A stretch of 64,000 nt of DNA from Cyanobacteria bacterium P01_A01_bin.123 (GCA_039815185.1 JBCBZT010000021.1:60192-124191), one strand, 5' to 3'. Positions 38,714-49,424 are shown, counted from the first letter of the stretch. Translations and numbers: made by a program. The notes: generated from the sequence alone by a model not told the origin.

Positions 38714-41700
38714 GTGTTTATTGCAACCTGGCTACACCAGCTCGGATTGGAGCAATATGTCGAGGCTTTTGACAGCAACGACATTGATCAAGACGTTTTA
38801 CTCACCCTTACCGATGGCGATTTAAGGGAACTTGGGGTTAAATCGCTAGGCCATCGTAAGAAACTGTTGGCGGCTATCCGCAGCTTAGCAGCAGTCCCTG
38901 TATCCCCTAGGCCGCGACAAGATTTGCCAGGCGAAAATCGCCAAGTCACGGTTTTATTTGCCGATATCTCGGGATTTGTGGCCCTTTCTCACCAGTTAGG
39001 TGCTGAAGCTACCCATGGTTTGCTGACTCAGTATTTCCAGGCGGTGGATGCCATCATCGATCGCTTTGGGGGCTGGGTCGATAAGCACATTGGCGATAAT
39101 GTGATGGGCATCTTTGGTGCGCCTGTCGCTCACAAAGACGATCCCAGAAGAGCTGTTATGGCAGCCTTTGAGGTTCGTGATGCGGTGACTCAACTCGGTC
39201 AACCGTTCGACCAAACGGTAACCGTACATATCGGTATTGCTAGCGGTCAGGTTGTCGCCAGCCGTACTGGGAGTGATGTGCATCAAGAATATACGGTGAT
39301 TGGGCCAGCAGTGAATTTGGCGGCTCGACTGCAAGGGTTGGCGACGTCAGGCGAAATTATCTTGGATGAGTCTACCCAGCAGGCTGTGGGGCCTGGCCTA
39401 GCGGCGATCGCGGAAAGCAATGTCTCCATCAAAGGGCTGCCTGAACCGATCCAAATTTGGCGGGCCGTGGCTTTCAATCCCAGTCAACCCACTCAAGAAC
39501 CCTCACGCCTGGTCGGACGACAGCGGGAACAGCAGTGCTTTGTCGCCATGTTGCAAACCTGCCTAGAGACTCTGCAGGGGCAGACCCTCTACATCAGAGG
39601 AGAAGCGGGCATTGGCAAATCGCTTCTGGTTCAACGGTTACGTCAGTACGCTATTGCCCATGGCTTTCAAGTCCATCAGGTTGAAATCTTAGATTTTGGC
39701 CGGGGGCCAGGAGACTTATGGCAAGAGTTAACCGCAGGATTGCTAGCGATATCGGTTGGGGATTCCCTGGAAAAGCGACGGGCGATCGCAGATCAGACCA
39801 TTAATGCTGGAGACTTGGATGAATCGCGGCGGTTGTACCTCAATGCATTGTTAGATATTCCCCAGCCTCCCCGATTGCAGGCACTATATGAACTTCTGGA
39901 TAATCAAACCCGCCAGTTGGAAATCGTTCGCACGGTGGCGCATCTCCTGACTGTGCTGAGTCAACATCAGCCTTGCCTGGTGGTCATGGAAGATCTGCAC
40001 TGGATTGATGACTCAACGTTGACCCATCTGCCGTGGCTAATCGAGGCGGCGGCTGGCTGTCCTTGTCTGTTCTTACTGACGTCTCGGCTTGAGGGAGAGC
40101 CCATTGATGCAGCGTGGCTAGCTTCCCTTCCCCTGAAAGCGGAGTCGTTAGTGTTCACCCTAGATCCCCTGACAGTTGAGAATGCAACGACGATAGCTGA
40201 TCGGTATCCCCAGCGCGCTTCGACTTTTATTGAGAGCTGTATTCAGCGGGCCGAGGGCAACCCCTTGTTTTTAGAGCAACTCCTGCAAGCCGGAGAGGAA
40301 GCAGTTAGCGAAATTCTGCCGGGTACCGTGCAAAGCGTGGTTCTGACTCGGGTAGACGGTTTAGCGGTGGCGGATAAGCAGGCATTGCAGGCCGCGTCTG
40401 TGCTGGGCCGTCGATTTTCGCCGGATGCCTTACGCTACATGTTGAGCGATCGCCAATATGATTTAACAGAGTTGTTGAACCAACATCTGATTGAGGCCAA
40501 TAGTGCGGGCTATCGCTTTGCCCATGCCCTGATTCGAGAGGGCATTTATGGTTCACTATTAAAGCGCGATCGCCGCACCTTTCACCGCCAAGCTGCCACC
40601 TGGTTTGAACAGCAAGACCTAGAACTCTGGGCCATTCACCTAGATCGAGCTGGAGACAGCCAAGCCGTCACCGCCTACGAAGCAGCAGCCCAGCATCATC
40701 TCAATCAGTTTCGTTATAACCGGGCCTTACCTTTGGCAGAGCGAGGACTGATTTTGGCCCAATCTCCAGCATCCCGCTATGCCCTGACTCAACTCAAGGC
40801 CAAGATTATTCGGGCTACTGACGATGTACCCGCCGCGATCGCACTGCATCGACAAGCCGCGCAAATTGCCACAACTCCCCTAGAAACCGCTGATGCTTGG
40901 ATTGGTGTCGCGGCCTGTGTCCGCTTGTTAGGGGGTTATCAGGAAGGGCTCGATGCCCTAAAGCAAGCTCAAAAGCAGGTGGTAGGGTTGGAGGCAGCCC
41001 GCGCCTTATCCCAGATTCATTATTTACGCGGCTGTTTTTGCTATGCCGCTGGGGACTTGAATGCGTGTCTTAGCGAAAATACCCAGGCGCTCGACTATGC
41101 TCAGCAGGTGAATGAACCGGAACTGATTGCCCGCGCCATGAGCAATCTGGGCGATGCCTACTATGCCCGTTGCCAAATCCACACCGCTTTTAACTACTAC
41201 GATCGCTGCGTCTCGATGGCGCAAGCGCAGGGGTTAGGGCAGATTGAAATTGCCAACCGGGCTCAGCTTGCCGTCATGCACCGTTACCGACACGACCTGA
41301 CAACAGCGCTGACAGAAATTCAGCAGACGATTGCCATTGCTCGTCAGATTGGCGAACGCCGAACGTTAATGTATGCGCTGGATACCCAAGGCGAATTTCT
41401 AACCGAACAGGGGCAGCTTGAGTTAGCCCATGCTTCCCTGACTGAAGCGTTTGAGTTGTCTGAACGGTTGGGCAACTACCGTTATCGCGCCTACATCATG
41501 CAGCGGCAAGCCCGAGTTTTGATTGAGCAGGGCGATCGCGCTGCCGCCAGGTCAGTTCTAGAAGTAGCCTTAGCGATTTGTCGTGAGACTGACATGCGAT
41601 TTGTCTCACCTCGGGTACTGGGATTGCTAGCAAGGGTAGCGACAAGCGATCGCGAACGGCAACAATTTCTAATGGAGGGCAATGATGTCCTCCATCAAGG

Positions 41701-42076
41701 TTGCATCTCCCATAACTTTCTCTGGTATTACTACGATGCGATGGAAGCATCCTTGGAAGCCTGCGACTGGGAACAGGCGGATCATTACGCGACAGCTTTA
41801 GCAAACTATGCAGCCGTGGAGCCCTTTCCCCGCAGTGATTTTTGGGTAACCCGTTGCCGGACATTAGCTGCCATTGGTCGGGGTAGTCGCGAGCAGCCAT
41901 TAGGTCAAAAACTACAGCGCCTCCGAACTGAAGCCCAGACGGCTGGATTGAGGTTGGGGTTGGTCGAAATTGAGCGATCGCGCTCACCCCTCAAACTAGT
42001 CGATCCGAATCACATCCCGCAGGCCAAACCAGTTGTAGCGCCGGATGCCCCAGGGAAGCCCGACCAGTACGCCTAA
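38714..42076 (+). CDS. SAM-class III cyclase-STAND ATPase-TPR protein
   Basis: SAM (WLHQLGLEQY..LGHRKKL), cyclase (FADISGF, DKHIGD, VNLAARLQ), GEAGIGKS, MEDLHW, GNPLFL, TPRs. Confidence 0.9.
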   Translation: MFIATWLHQLGLEQYVEAFDSNDIDQDVLLTLTDGDLRELGVKSLGHRKKLLAAIRSLAAVPVSPRPRQDLPGENRQVTVLFADISGFVALSHQLGAEATHGLLTQYFQAVDAIIDRFGGWVDKHIGDNVMGIFGAPVAHKDDPRRAVMAAFEVRDAVTQLGQPFDQTVTVHIGIASGQVVASRTGSDVHQEYTVIGPAVNLAARLQGLATSGEIILDESTQQAVGPGLAAIAESNVSIKGLPEPIQIWRAVAFNPSQPTQEPSRLVGRQREQQCFVAMLQTCLETLQGQTLYIRGEAGIGKSLLVQRLRQYAIAHGFQVHQVEILDFGRGPGDLWQELTAGLLAISVGDSLEKRRAIADQTINAGDLDESRRLYLNALLDIPQPPRLQALYELLDNQTRQLEIVRTVAHLLTVLSQHQPCLVVMEDLHWIDDSTLTHLPWLIEAAAGCPCLFLLTSRLEGEPIDAAWLASLPLKAESLVFTLDPLTVENATTIADRYPQRASTFIESCIQRAEGNPLFLEQLLQAGEEAVSEILPGTVQSVVLTRVDGLAVADKQALQAASVLGRRFSPDALRYMLSDRQYDLTELLNQHLIEANSAGYRFAHALIREGIYGSLLKRDRRTFHRQAATWFEQQDLELWAIHLDRAGDSQAVTAYEAAAQHHLNQFRYNRALPLAERGLILAQSPASRYALTQLKAKIIRATDDVPAAIALHRQAAQIATTPLETADAWIGVAACVRLLGGYQEGLDALKQAQKQVVGLEAARALSQIHYLRGCFCYAAGDLNACLSENTQALDYAQQVNEPELIARAMSNLGDAYYARCQIHTAFNYYDRCVSMAQAQGLGQIEIANRAQLAVMHRYRHDLTTALTEIQQTIAIARQIGERRTLMYALDTQGEFLTEQGQLELAHASLTEAFELSERLGNYRYRAYIMQRQARVLIEQGDRAAARSVLEVALAICRETDMRFVSPRVLGLLARVATSDRERQQFLMEGNDVLHQGCISHNFLWYYYDAMEASLEACDWEQADHYATALANYAAVEPFPRSDFWVTRCRTLAAIGRGSREQPLGQKLQRLRTEAQTAGLRLGLVEIERSRSPLKLVDPNHIPQAKPVVAPDAPGKPDQYA

Positions 42077-42790
42077 AAACAGAGTCCAAAATGCGATAGT
42101 GATAGGCATAGACAGGGTAAATGATTCCCCAAGATAGGTGATCAGCAGGGTCGAAGGTGTCATCCCCAGCAAGGTCGCACCCATGTAGATGGGCAATGAC
42201 AACCGAGCCATGCCAGCACTATAACTGACTAAATCAAACGACACGACGGGCAGCAGGCGGGTGATAAACACGAGCCACCCTAAAAATAGATGGCCACGAT
42301 GAGTCGTAAAGTAGATCGTTTTGCCACTTAACGCTCGAATTGAAGATCTCCCCAAGGTATGTCCTAAGTAATAGGCCACCATCGCCCCTAAAAATCCGCC
42401 CATAACGGTGTATAAACCACCCACCCAAGTTCCCCAAACGGCCCCTGCGGCACACGCCATTGGTAAACCAGGAATTTGACTGACAACCACAGAAAGCGCC
42501 AGCACTGCAATGTAGAGCAGAGGCCCCCAAGCGCCGAGTTGAGCAATGACTTCCTGGAGTCCTGCCTTTGTTAAGAGATTCATGTCGTAGCGGTGTAGGC
42601 CACCGATGACTGCGACACAGGCGATGATTAAGGCCAACGCGATCGCGTTTGAACGGGTCAATATAAATCGACGACGGCGTCCAATGGGGGAGCGGGAGTG
42701 TTTAGTTGAAGATAACGGTTTGTTATAAACCGCAGGAAAAGAGCAGGAAGTGCGGCGCATTGTGACACCTATGTTGGGGGCATAGGTCAA
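41996..42790 (-). CDS. TVP38/TMEM64 (DedA/VTT) membrane protein
   Basis: IPG..AGAVWG, RLLPVVSFDLVSY.AG; start uncertain. Confidence 0.88.
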   Translation of the reverse strand: MTYAPNIGVTMRRTSCSFPAVYNKPLSSTKHSRSPIGRRRRFILTRSNAIALALIIACVAVIGGLHRYDMNLLTKAGLQEVIAQLGAWGPLLYIAVLALSVVVSQIPGLPMACAAGAVWGTWVGGLYTVMGGFLGAMVAYYLGHTLGRSSIRALSGKTIYFTTHRGHLFLGWLVFITRLLPVVSFDLVSYSAGMARLSLPIYMGATLLGMTPSTLLITYLGESFTLSMPITIAFWTLFLGVLVGLPWGIRRYNWFGLRDVIRID

Positions 42791-43225
42791 TCATGCAGTT
42801 GACGTTATATTTTCTGGGTGATTTCTTCCCCAAGGTTGATGTGACCTTAATGGGGAATTTCCATTGACTGAAATCATGAGTTTCAGTGATTTAAACCCTA
42901 GCCATAGCTAGCGCTATCGTTTTATGAGTTAAAACTCCAGTTGCCCAATCAGATATGATTTGTGAGTTTCTCTATGTTGAATTGTTAACAGTTCATTGGA
43001 TTGAGGCAATGCAATCCGAATAAACTTAGAAATAGCAGTCTATAGCTTTATCAGTCACACTAATTAGAGCAGCATCGGTCACTCGTCTTCCTGTTCTGAC
43101 AATCGATTCTCGGATCTTCCCTAGTTTCTCCCGATTCATTGATAGTTTACAGTTGAGCGGCTTCAGGGCTGCAATGCTCGCCGCCTTGAGTTTGGGTGCT
43201 TCGTCTGGAACAGTCATAAAGACTT

Positions 43226-45403
43226 GTGAAGATACCGATGACTGACTTTTGTCCCACACTAATGCCTCAAACGCGTTTTCCTCAACAGCGCGTCGCCCCC
43301 CGACTTATGGAACAGCCTAATTTCCTTCAAACCCAAGGGCATCGAACGCTAGCCGCAATTGTGGTTACTGACGCAGTGGGATTTAGTGCTCGCATGTCGA
43401 TTGATGAAGAATCTACGCTGCGACTTATTCAGCGGGACTTAAAACTGATGGAAACGTCCTGTAGCCGTTTAGAAGGGCGTGTTTTAAAGTCCACGGGTGA
43501 TGGCCTGCTGATGTATTTTGCCAGTGCTGTTCAAGCCGTACGCTGTGCGTTGGAGATTCAGCGCCAATTGGCCCAGATCAATCAACCCTTGCCATCCGAC
43601 AAGGCTTTACTACACCGCATTGGCATCCATTTGGGAGACGTGTTTTTTAGTCAGTCTGACGTGATGGGTAATGGGGTCAATATAGCCGCCCGCTTACAAA
43701 CAGAAGCCCAGCCAGGAGCCATTTGCATTTCGCAAATTGTTCACGATGTCGTTAAATCTCAGCTCAATCTAGATGCTGCTTTTTTAGGACCCCTCCACCT
43801 CAAAAATATTCAAGAGGCTGTCCCTGCCTATCAAATCCAACCCGTTCAGGTGCCGCCCCCACCCCCGGAAAGAAAATCAGAGGCGTCTGAGCCAGGTCAA
43901 ATGGCCGCTGGTGACAAAATAGCCGGACGCTACATTATTCAACGGTTGCTGGGGCAAGGTGGTTTTGGGCGATCGTATTTAGCAGAAGATACTCAGCGGT
44001 TTGGGGAACTCTGTGTGCTCAAAGAGTTTGTGCCCGCGAAGAAATCGGGCAATGCTGTACAAAAAGCACTAGATTTATTCAAACGAGAAGCCAAAACGCT
44101 TTATCAGATCCAGCATCCCCAGGTTCCTAAGTTTTTAGCCTGTTTTACCCAGGCCCAGAGACTCTTCATCGTTCAAGAATATATCGATGGTGTGACCTAT
44201 TCCCAACTGCTTCGTCGCCGCCGCAAGCAAGGCGAGCAGTTTTCTGAACCAGAGGTCACTCAATGGCTGAAGCAGATGCTCCAGGTTGTGGAATATCTCC
44301 ATGGGTTAGAGCTGATTCACCGAGATATTTCGCCAGACAACATCATTTTCTCCCGCGATCGCAACCTGCCAGTCTTAATTGACTTTGGCTTAGTCAATGA
44401 TGCGATTAACCGGATTTGGTCTAAAGCCAATGATGAAGAACCCGGCAATAAAGCCGCCTCAATGGTCGGCAAATTTGGCTACTCACCACCCGAGCAAATT
44501 CGCTTAGGGCAATGTTATCCCTGTAGTGATCTGTATGCCTTGGGGGTAACCGCATTGGTGTTACTCACCGGTAAAAACCCCCGAGATTTGATGGATCGTG
44601 ACTCCCTAGAGTGGCGCTGGCAATCTCTGGTGACGCTGAGTCCATTGCTCAAGGCAGTGCTAGAAAAGCTAACAGCCCAGCGTCCTAAAGATCGCTATCA
44701 GTCTGCTCAGGAAGTATTAGCAGTCCTCGCAGCTATTCCTACCCCGATTGAAGAGTCAGCCGAAGAATCGACAGTCATTGCCTCTCCGAGCCAAATGTGG
44801 ATCGTTGATCCCGATCCGATGTTTGAATTCGCAGCTTCTCACACTCCCCCAGCTGCATCCTTGCTAGCAGACTGCCCAGATTTTATCAACCAGTGTCGCC
44901 AAGAACTTGCCCAGGTGATTGGCCCAATGGCTGATATCATCGTGGACGATGTTTTACAGCAAGTACCTGCCGCGACCCCTCAAGGCTTTGTCGAAGCCCT
45001 TGCTTCCCAGCTTTCAGATGCCGATCAAGCTCATGACCTGACTAGCCGACTTTTGCACTCTGCCGCCAAAGTTGCTACGAGTACGGCATCAATAGCCTCT
45101 CAAGGTAGGGGCTCTCAAGCTGTTTCGAGACAAGTTTCTAGCAATCGGCACCCCTCAACAGCGAGTCGCTCGACTAACAGTCGAGCCCCAGGCGGGGGGA
45201 GCCCATCCAACCTAAACTCAGCATTTGTGCAACGCTGCCAAGATGAGCTAGCCCATTACATTGGCCCCATGGCTACCTTTTTAATTGAAGAAACCCTGGC
45301 TGATTATCCTGATATTGATTGCCAGCACTTGGTTCAAAAGCTCGCTGCTGAAATTCCTGACGATCGCAGTGCCCTACAATTTCAACAACAGCTGTTGCGC
45401 TAA
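43226..45403 (+). CDS. Class III cyclase-Ser/Thr kinase fusion with two C-terminal helical repeats
   Basis: TDAVGFS, KSTGDG, VNIAARLQ; LGQGGFG, VLKE, HRDISPDN, IDFG, YSPPEQ; ELAxxIGPMA twice; true start may be 43307. Confidence 0.9.
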   Translation: MKIPMTDFCPTLMPQTRFPQQRVAPRLMEQPNFLQTQGHRTLAAIVVTDAVGFSARMSIDEESTLRLIQRDLKLMETSCSRLEGRVLKSTGDGLLMYFASAVQAVRCALEIQRQLAQINQPLPSDKALLHRIGIHLGDVFFSQSDVMGNGVNIAARLQTEAQPGAICISQIVHDVVKSQLNLDAAFLGPLHLKNIQEAVPAYQIQPVQVPPPPPERKSEASEPGQMAAGDKIAGRYIIQRLLGQGGFGRSYLAEDTQRFGELCVLKEFVPAKKSGNAVQKALDLFKREAKTLYQIQHPQVPKFLACFTQAQRLFIVQEYIDGVTYSQLLRRRRKQGEQFSEPEVTQWLKQMLQVVEYLHGLELIHRDISPDNIIFSRDRNLPVLIDFGLVNDAINRIWSKANDEEPGNKAASMVGKFGYSPPEQIRLGQCYPCSDLYALGVTALVLLTGKNPRDLMDRDSLEWRWQSLVTLSPLLKAVLEKLTAQRPKDRYQSAQEVLAVLAAIPTPIEESAEESTVIASPSQMWIVDPDPMFEFAASHTPPAASLLADCPDFINQCRQELAQVIGPMADIIVDDVLQQVPAATPQGFVEALASQLSDADQAHDLTSRLLHSAAKVATSTASIASQGRGSQAVSRQVSSNRHPSTASRSTNSRAPGGGSPSNLNSAFVQRCQDELAHYIGPMATFLIEETLADYPDIDCQHLVQKLAAEIPDDRSALQFQQQLLR

Positions 45404-45431
45404 AGTTGAACTGACTTTACAGAATACATTT

Positions 45432-46127
45432 ATGAGTCTAACCGCTTCTGATGCAGTGCCTTGCGTGCTGGTGGTTGAAGCCAATGCGACCCTAGCTCAA
45501 ACCATCAGTATGGACCTACGGGAGGCAGGTTATGAAGCCATCGTGGCCTATGATGCTGATGCTGGCCTCACCCAAGCTCAGACCACCCAACCTGAGCTGA
45601 TTGTGATTGATCGGATGTTAACGGGGGAATCAGGGTTAGATCTGTGTGTCAAACTGCGATCGCAGGGTACGCGAACGCCGCTCTTGTTAATGATGGTGCG
45701 AGAAAAGTTAGAAGATCGAATTGCCTGTTTAGAAGCCGGAGCTGATGACTATATCCTCAAGCCCTATCGGGCTGACGATTTTCTCAGTCGAGTTCATATG
45801 TATTTACAACCTGCCGCAACAGATGCAGAGAACCTGCGTTTTGGTGAACTCACCCTAGATATTTCCAACCGCACCGCCCTGCGTGGGGGACGCGTCATCG
45901 GTTTGACCATGAAAGAATTTGAACTGCTGAAGTATTTGATGGAGCACCCCAAAGAGGTGTTAACTCGCGAACAAATTTTAGAGAATGTTTGGGGTTATGA
46001 CTTCATGGGTGAGTCCAACGTGATTGAAGTCTACGTGCGCTATCTGCGCCTTAAAATTGACGGCGAAAATGAGAAGCGCTTGATCCAAACGGTGCGCGGG
46101 GTTGGTTACGTTCTAAGAGAAACGTAG
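45432..46127 (+). CDS. nblR: Response regulator NblR
   Basis: OmpR-type, LTMKEFELLKYLMEHP..WGYDFMGESNVIEVY; atypical receiver; next to DUF192. Confidence 0.85.
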   Translation: MSLTASDAVPCVLVVEANATLAQTISMDLREAGYEAIVAYDADAGLTQAQTTQPELIVIDRMLTGESGLDLCVKLRSQGTRTPLLLMMVREKLEDRIACLEAGADDYILKPYRADDFLSRVHMYLQPAATDAENLRFGELTLDISNRTALRGGRVIGLTMKEFELLKYLMEHPKEVLTREQILENVWGYDFMGESNVIEVYVRYLRLKIDGENEKRLIQTVRGVGYVLRET

Positions 46128-46241
46128 CGTCATTGTCCATTTCAAGTGGGTAGCCGTGTTTTAGACCGACAGTAGTTTCTTACAAAGCACTGCCGTGATT
46201 GTTATAGTTGGGGCACCTAAGCCAATTGATGGATCGCTTTC

Positions 46242-46838
46242 ATGATACGCCGCTCTGCAATGTACCAAATCCCTTGTCGTAGCGTGATTTTGAGCTTGTC
46301 GCTGCTGCTTATGAGCAGTTGTTCTGCACCTAATTTGAGTGCAGAACAAAGCCCACCCGATTTATCCACGTCTACCCCCTCTACCCCGGCTGAAACCAGC
46401 CTAGACACCCCTGACTCTACACCCACTTTGACAGACGATTTAGCGGCCTTAGCTCAAAATCTGCCGATCACGGCCCAAGCTGAAATTGGTGCTACTGTGA
46501 TTCAGCTAGAAGTAGCCAATACCCCTCAGCAGCAAGCTTTAGGATTGATGTTCCGTTCTGAACTGGCTGCCGATCAAGGCATGTTGTTTCCATTTACGAC
46601 CCCCCGTCCTGTTCAGTTTTGGATGAAAAACGTGTTCATCCATCTCGACATGGTTTTCTTACGGGATGGGCTGGTGCAAGCGATTGAAGCTGATGTCCCG
46701 CCTTGTGTCGAAGAACCCTGCCCTACTTATGGGCCTCGAGATGTGGTGATTGATCAGGTGATTGAGCTGCGGGGAGGCCGAGCTGCTGAGTTGGGACTTG
46801 CAGTGGGCGATCGCATTGAGATCTTAGCTGCCGAATAG
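46242..46838 (+). CDS. DUF192 lipoprotein
   Basis: Lipobox MSSC; GLMFR..GMLF..FWMKN..LDMVF..VIEL.GG. Confidence 0.9.
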   Translation: MIRRSAMYQIPCRSVILSLSLLLMSSCSAPNLSAEQSPPDLSTSTPSTPAETSLDTPDSTPTLTDDLAALAQNLPITAQAEIGATVIQLEVANTPQQQALGLMFRSELAADQGMLFPFTTPRPVQFWMKNVFIHLDMVFLRDGLVQAIEADVPPCVEEPCPTYGPRDVVIDQVIELRGGRAAELGLAVGDRIEILAAE

Positions 46839-47115
46839 GCTACTATCAATCGAGTTGCTTGACCCAATGTAACTGAAGGTAAACTTTAAAGGCCAATTTG
46901 AGTGGTTAAAACTAATTTAGAGATCTGCAATTGATTGCTGTACAAGGGTTGTCTATACCGCTGGCTTGGCACAATCCGGGCTGAGTCATAGCTATTGATC
47001 GCTACCGTTCAAGCAACCTTGCAATGTGTTGAGCATCAACCTGAGTTCAGTTCGAAGCTTCATATCTTCCCTTACAATCCTTGCATCGGACTAGACAGAC
47101 AAAGGGGTATCTACA

Positions 47116-47157
47116 TTAATGGAAGCTAGGCAACTGTTAACGGAAGCTAGGCAACTC
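47116..47157 (+). repeat. 21-bp tandem duplication containing GGAAGCTAGGCAACT twice
   Basis: ttaatggaagctaggcaactg / ttaacggaagctaggcaactc. Confidence 0.75.
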
Positions 47158-47234
47158 AGTTCATCATCTCTAAGCTGCTCGATTGAGCAGATCAGCAAAT
47201 CGCATCAATCCAGCCAGCAGCAGGTGATCATGCC

Positions 47235-47426
47235 GTGAAAACGACTCGCTCTTCTCAATTCATTCGTTTTTTGCAAGACGATTTGGCGATATCAGCGTCT
47301 TCAATCGAGATTGCGCTCAAACATTGCGAACAAGATCCTGGCCCACTGCCGATGATTCTGTGGCAGTACGGTTTAGTGACGATGGAACAGCTTGAACAGA
47401 TTTATGACTGGTTAGAAGCCGCTTAG
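47235..47426 (+). CDS. DUF2949 small protein
   Basis: FLQDDLAI..GPLPMILWQYGLV..EQL..IYDWL. Confidence 0.88.
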   Translation: MKTTRSSQFIRFLQDDLAISASSIEIALKHCEQDPGPLPMILWQYGLVTMEQLEQIYDWLEAA

Positions 47427-47574
47427 CCTCAGAGGCTATCGTGCCCCTGGTCAAATAATTAGGGGTTATTGCAGTCCAGACTTGCGCACAAACCTGGATC
47501 GAAACTTCAACCTTTCCTTGACCTAAAACTCAATCAGCTATTTGATCATAAGTATCCCGTCTCATGGTTAAGCG

Positions 47575-49395
47575 ATGCGAATACTGCTGATCGATGATGA
47601 CGAAGTGCTGATGGAGATTTTGGCAGAGAGCCTGATCAGGCAACGTTATGCCGTGGACATTGCTGTCGATGGTGAAACAGCTCAGGATTTTTTGGCGCTG
47701 TTTGCTTATGACCTGATTGTCTTAGATATGCTGCTGCCTGATATAGACGGTATTTCGCTGTGTCAACAGTTCCGCCAGCAAGGCATCGATATCCCTATTT
47801 TGATGCTGACGGCGAAAGATAGCAGTACAGATAAGGTTCAAGCCCTAGACGCTGGGGCGGATGACTATGTCGTCAAACCCTTTGATTTTGATGAGTTGTG
47901 TGCTCGTGTGCGGGCGCTGTTGCGTCGAGACAGTCATGTTTCAACCACTGTACTCAGTTGGGGCGATTTAAGCTTACAGCCGGATACCTTTGAAGTTTTC
48001 TACGCGGAACATCAGCTGCATACAACCCCCAAGGAATATGCGCTGTTGGAGCTGTTTTTGCGCCATACCAACCGAGTCTTTAGCCTCGATGCCATCATTG
48101 AAAATCTTTGGTCGTTTGAAGACCCGCCCAGTGGTGATGCGGTGAGAACCCATATCAAGGGGTTGCGCCAAAAGCTTAAGGCTGGCGGAGCGCCCAAAGA
48201 TTTAATTGAAACCGTATATGGGTTGGGATATAGACTGAAACCCCTAGACCCTGCTTCTACACCTGCTCAGTCCCTGCCTGCCTCAGGCCTCAAACAACCT
48301 ACTAAATCTGACATTGACGCTGCCGTTGCTAAAGTCTGGGCAGAAAACCAGGACACGATGCAAGCGCGGCTAAATCTGCTGGAAGCAACGGCGGCGGCGC
48401 TCGGTGGCGGACAACTCAGCGCAGAGCTACAGCATACAGGACGATCCCAGGCACATAAATTGGCAGGTTCTCTGGGTTGTTTTGGCTTTTCAGAGGGGTC
48501 ACGTTTGGCGCGCGAACTGGAACATTTGCTGCGGCTTGACGCGCCGCTCGATGATCAGCATGTCTCTCGCGTGTCGACGCTGGTAGAAAGTCTGCGCCAG
48601 AATTTGGCGAGTGGAGCTGGCAACCCAGCTGTATCAGCAACAACCGCTAGCGCTGCCCAGATCTTGGTTGTGGGCGCAGCGCAATCCTTCAACCAAAAGC
48701 TGGCGGCTGATAGCTTGGCGGTTGGTATCCGGAGTATGATTGCGCCTAACCCAAGTCAGGCCCATGCCATTCTTCAAACTCAAATCCCAGACGGAGTGCT
48801 GCTATGGTTAGATGACGATAATCTCGATGCGTCAATGGCGCTACTGGAGGCGATCGCGCAACGTTCTCATCACATTCCAGTGCTGATCGTGACAGACATT
48901 CGGGATTTTCTTCAACGATTACAGATGGTGCAGCAAGGGGCAGATCGAATTCTCCCGGCCTCGATGTCGCCCCAACAGGCATTAGAAGTGGTACAACAGA
49001 CACTACAGGCGACCCGCGAAGCCTTTAAGGTCTTGATTGTTGATGATGATAACCAGGTGTTGAAACTGCTGAAAACGATCCTATCGCCGTGGAGATTTCA
49101 ACTCACAACCTTAGATAATCCAGCTCAGCTCTGGAGTACCTTGGAGACGGTTCAACCGCATTTGTTAGTACTCGATGTGGAAATGCCAGAGGCGAATGGT
49201 TTAGAACTTTGCCAAGTTCTGCGGGCAGATGAGAAATGGCGGCAGTTGCCGGTTCTGTTTCTAACCGTCCATGAAGATGCCAATACTCAACAGCAAGCAT
49301 TTAATGTTGGCGCGGATGACTTTATCAGTAAGTCTGCTATGGCGACAGAATTACCAACTCGGATTTTAAATCGATTGCAGCGATCGCAGCTCTAA
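47575..49395 (+). CDS. RcaC-like multidomain response regulator (REC-wHTH-Hpt-degenerate REC-REC)
   Basis: LIVLDMLLP, TPKEYALLELF..ETVYGLGY, AHKLAGSLG, LVLDVEMP. Confidence 0.9.
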   Translation: MRILLIDDDEVLMEILAESLIRQRYAVDIAVDGETAQDFLALFAYDLIVLDMLLPDIDGISLCQQFRQQGIDIPILMLTAKDSSTDKVQALDAGADDYVVKPFDFDELCARVRALLRRDSHVSTTVLSWGDLSLQPDTFEVFYAEHQLHTTPKEYALLELFLRHTNRVFSLDAIIENLWSFEDPPSGDAVRTHIKGLRQKLKAGGAPKDLIETVYGLGYRLKPLDPASTPAQSLPASGLKQPTKSDIDAAVAKVWAENQDTMQARLNLLEATAAALGGGQLSAELQHTGRSQAHKLAGSLGCFGFSEGSRLARELEHLLRLDAPLDDQHVSRVSTLVESLRQNLASGAGNPAVSATTASAAQILVVGAAQSFNQKLAADSLAVGIRSMIAPNPSQAHAILQTQIPDGVLLWLDDDNLDASMALLEAIAQRSHHIPVLIVTDIRDFLQRLQMVQQGADRILPASMSPQQALEVVQQTLQATREAFKVLIVDDDNQVLKLLKTILSPWRFQLTTLDNPAQLWSTLETVQPHLLVLDVEMPEANGLELCQVLRADEKWRQLPVLFLTVHEDANTQQQAFNVGADDFISKSAMATELPTRILNRLQRSQL

Positions 49396-49424
49396 GACTT
49401 TTCCTGTGAAAGGGGGCGACAGCC

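Noticed and set aside
47116..47157. CRISPR mini-array
   Set aside because: Only two adjacent units with no spacers, and no cas genes; no CRISPR array anywhere in the window
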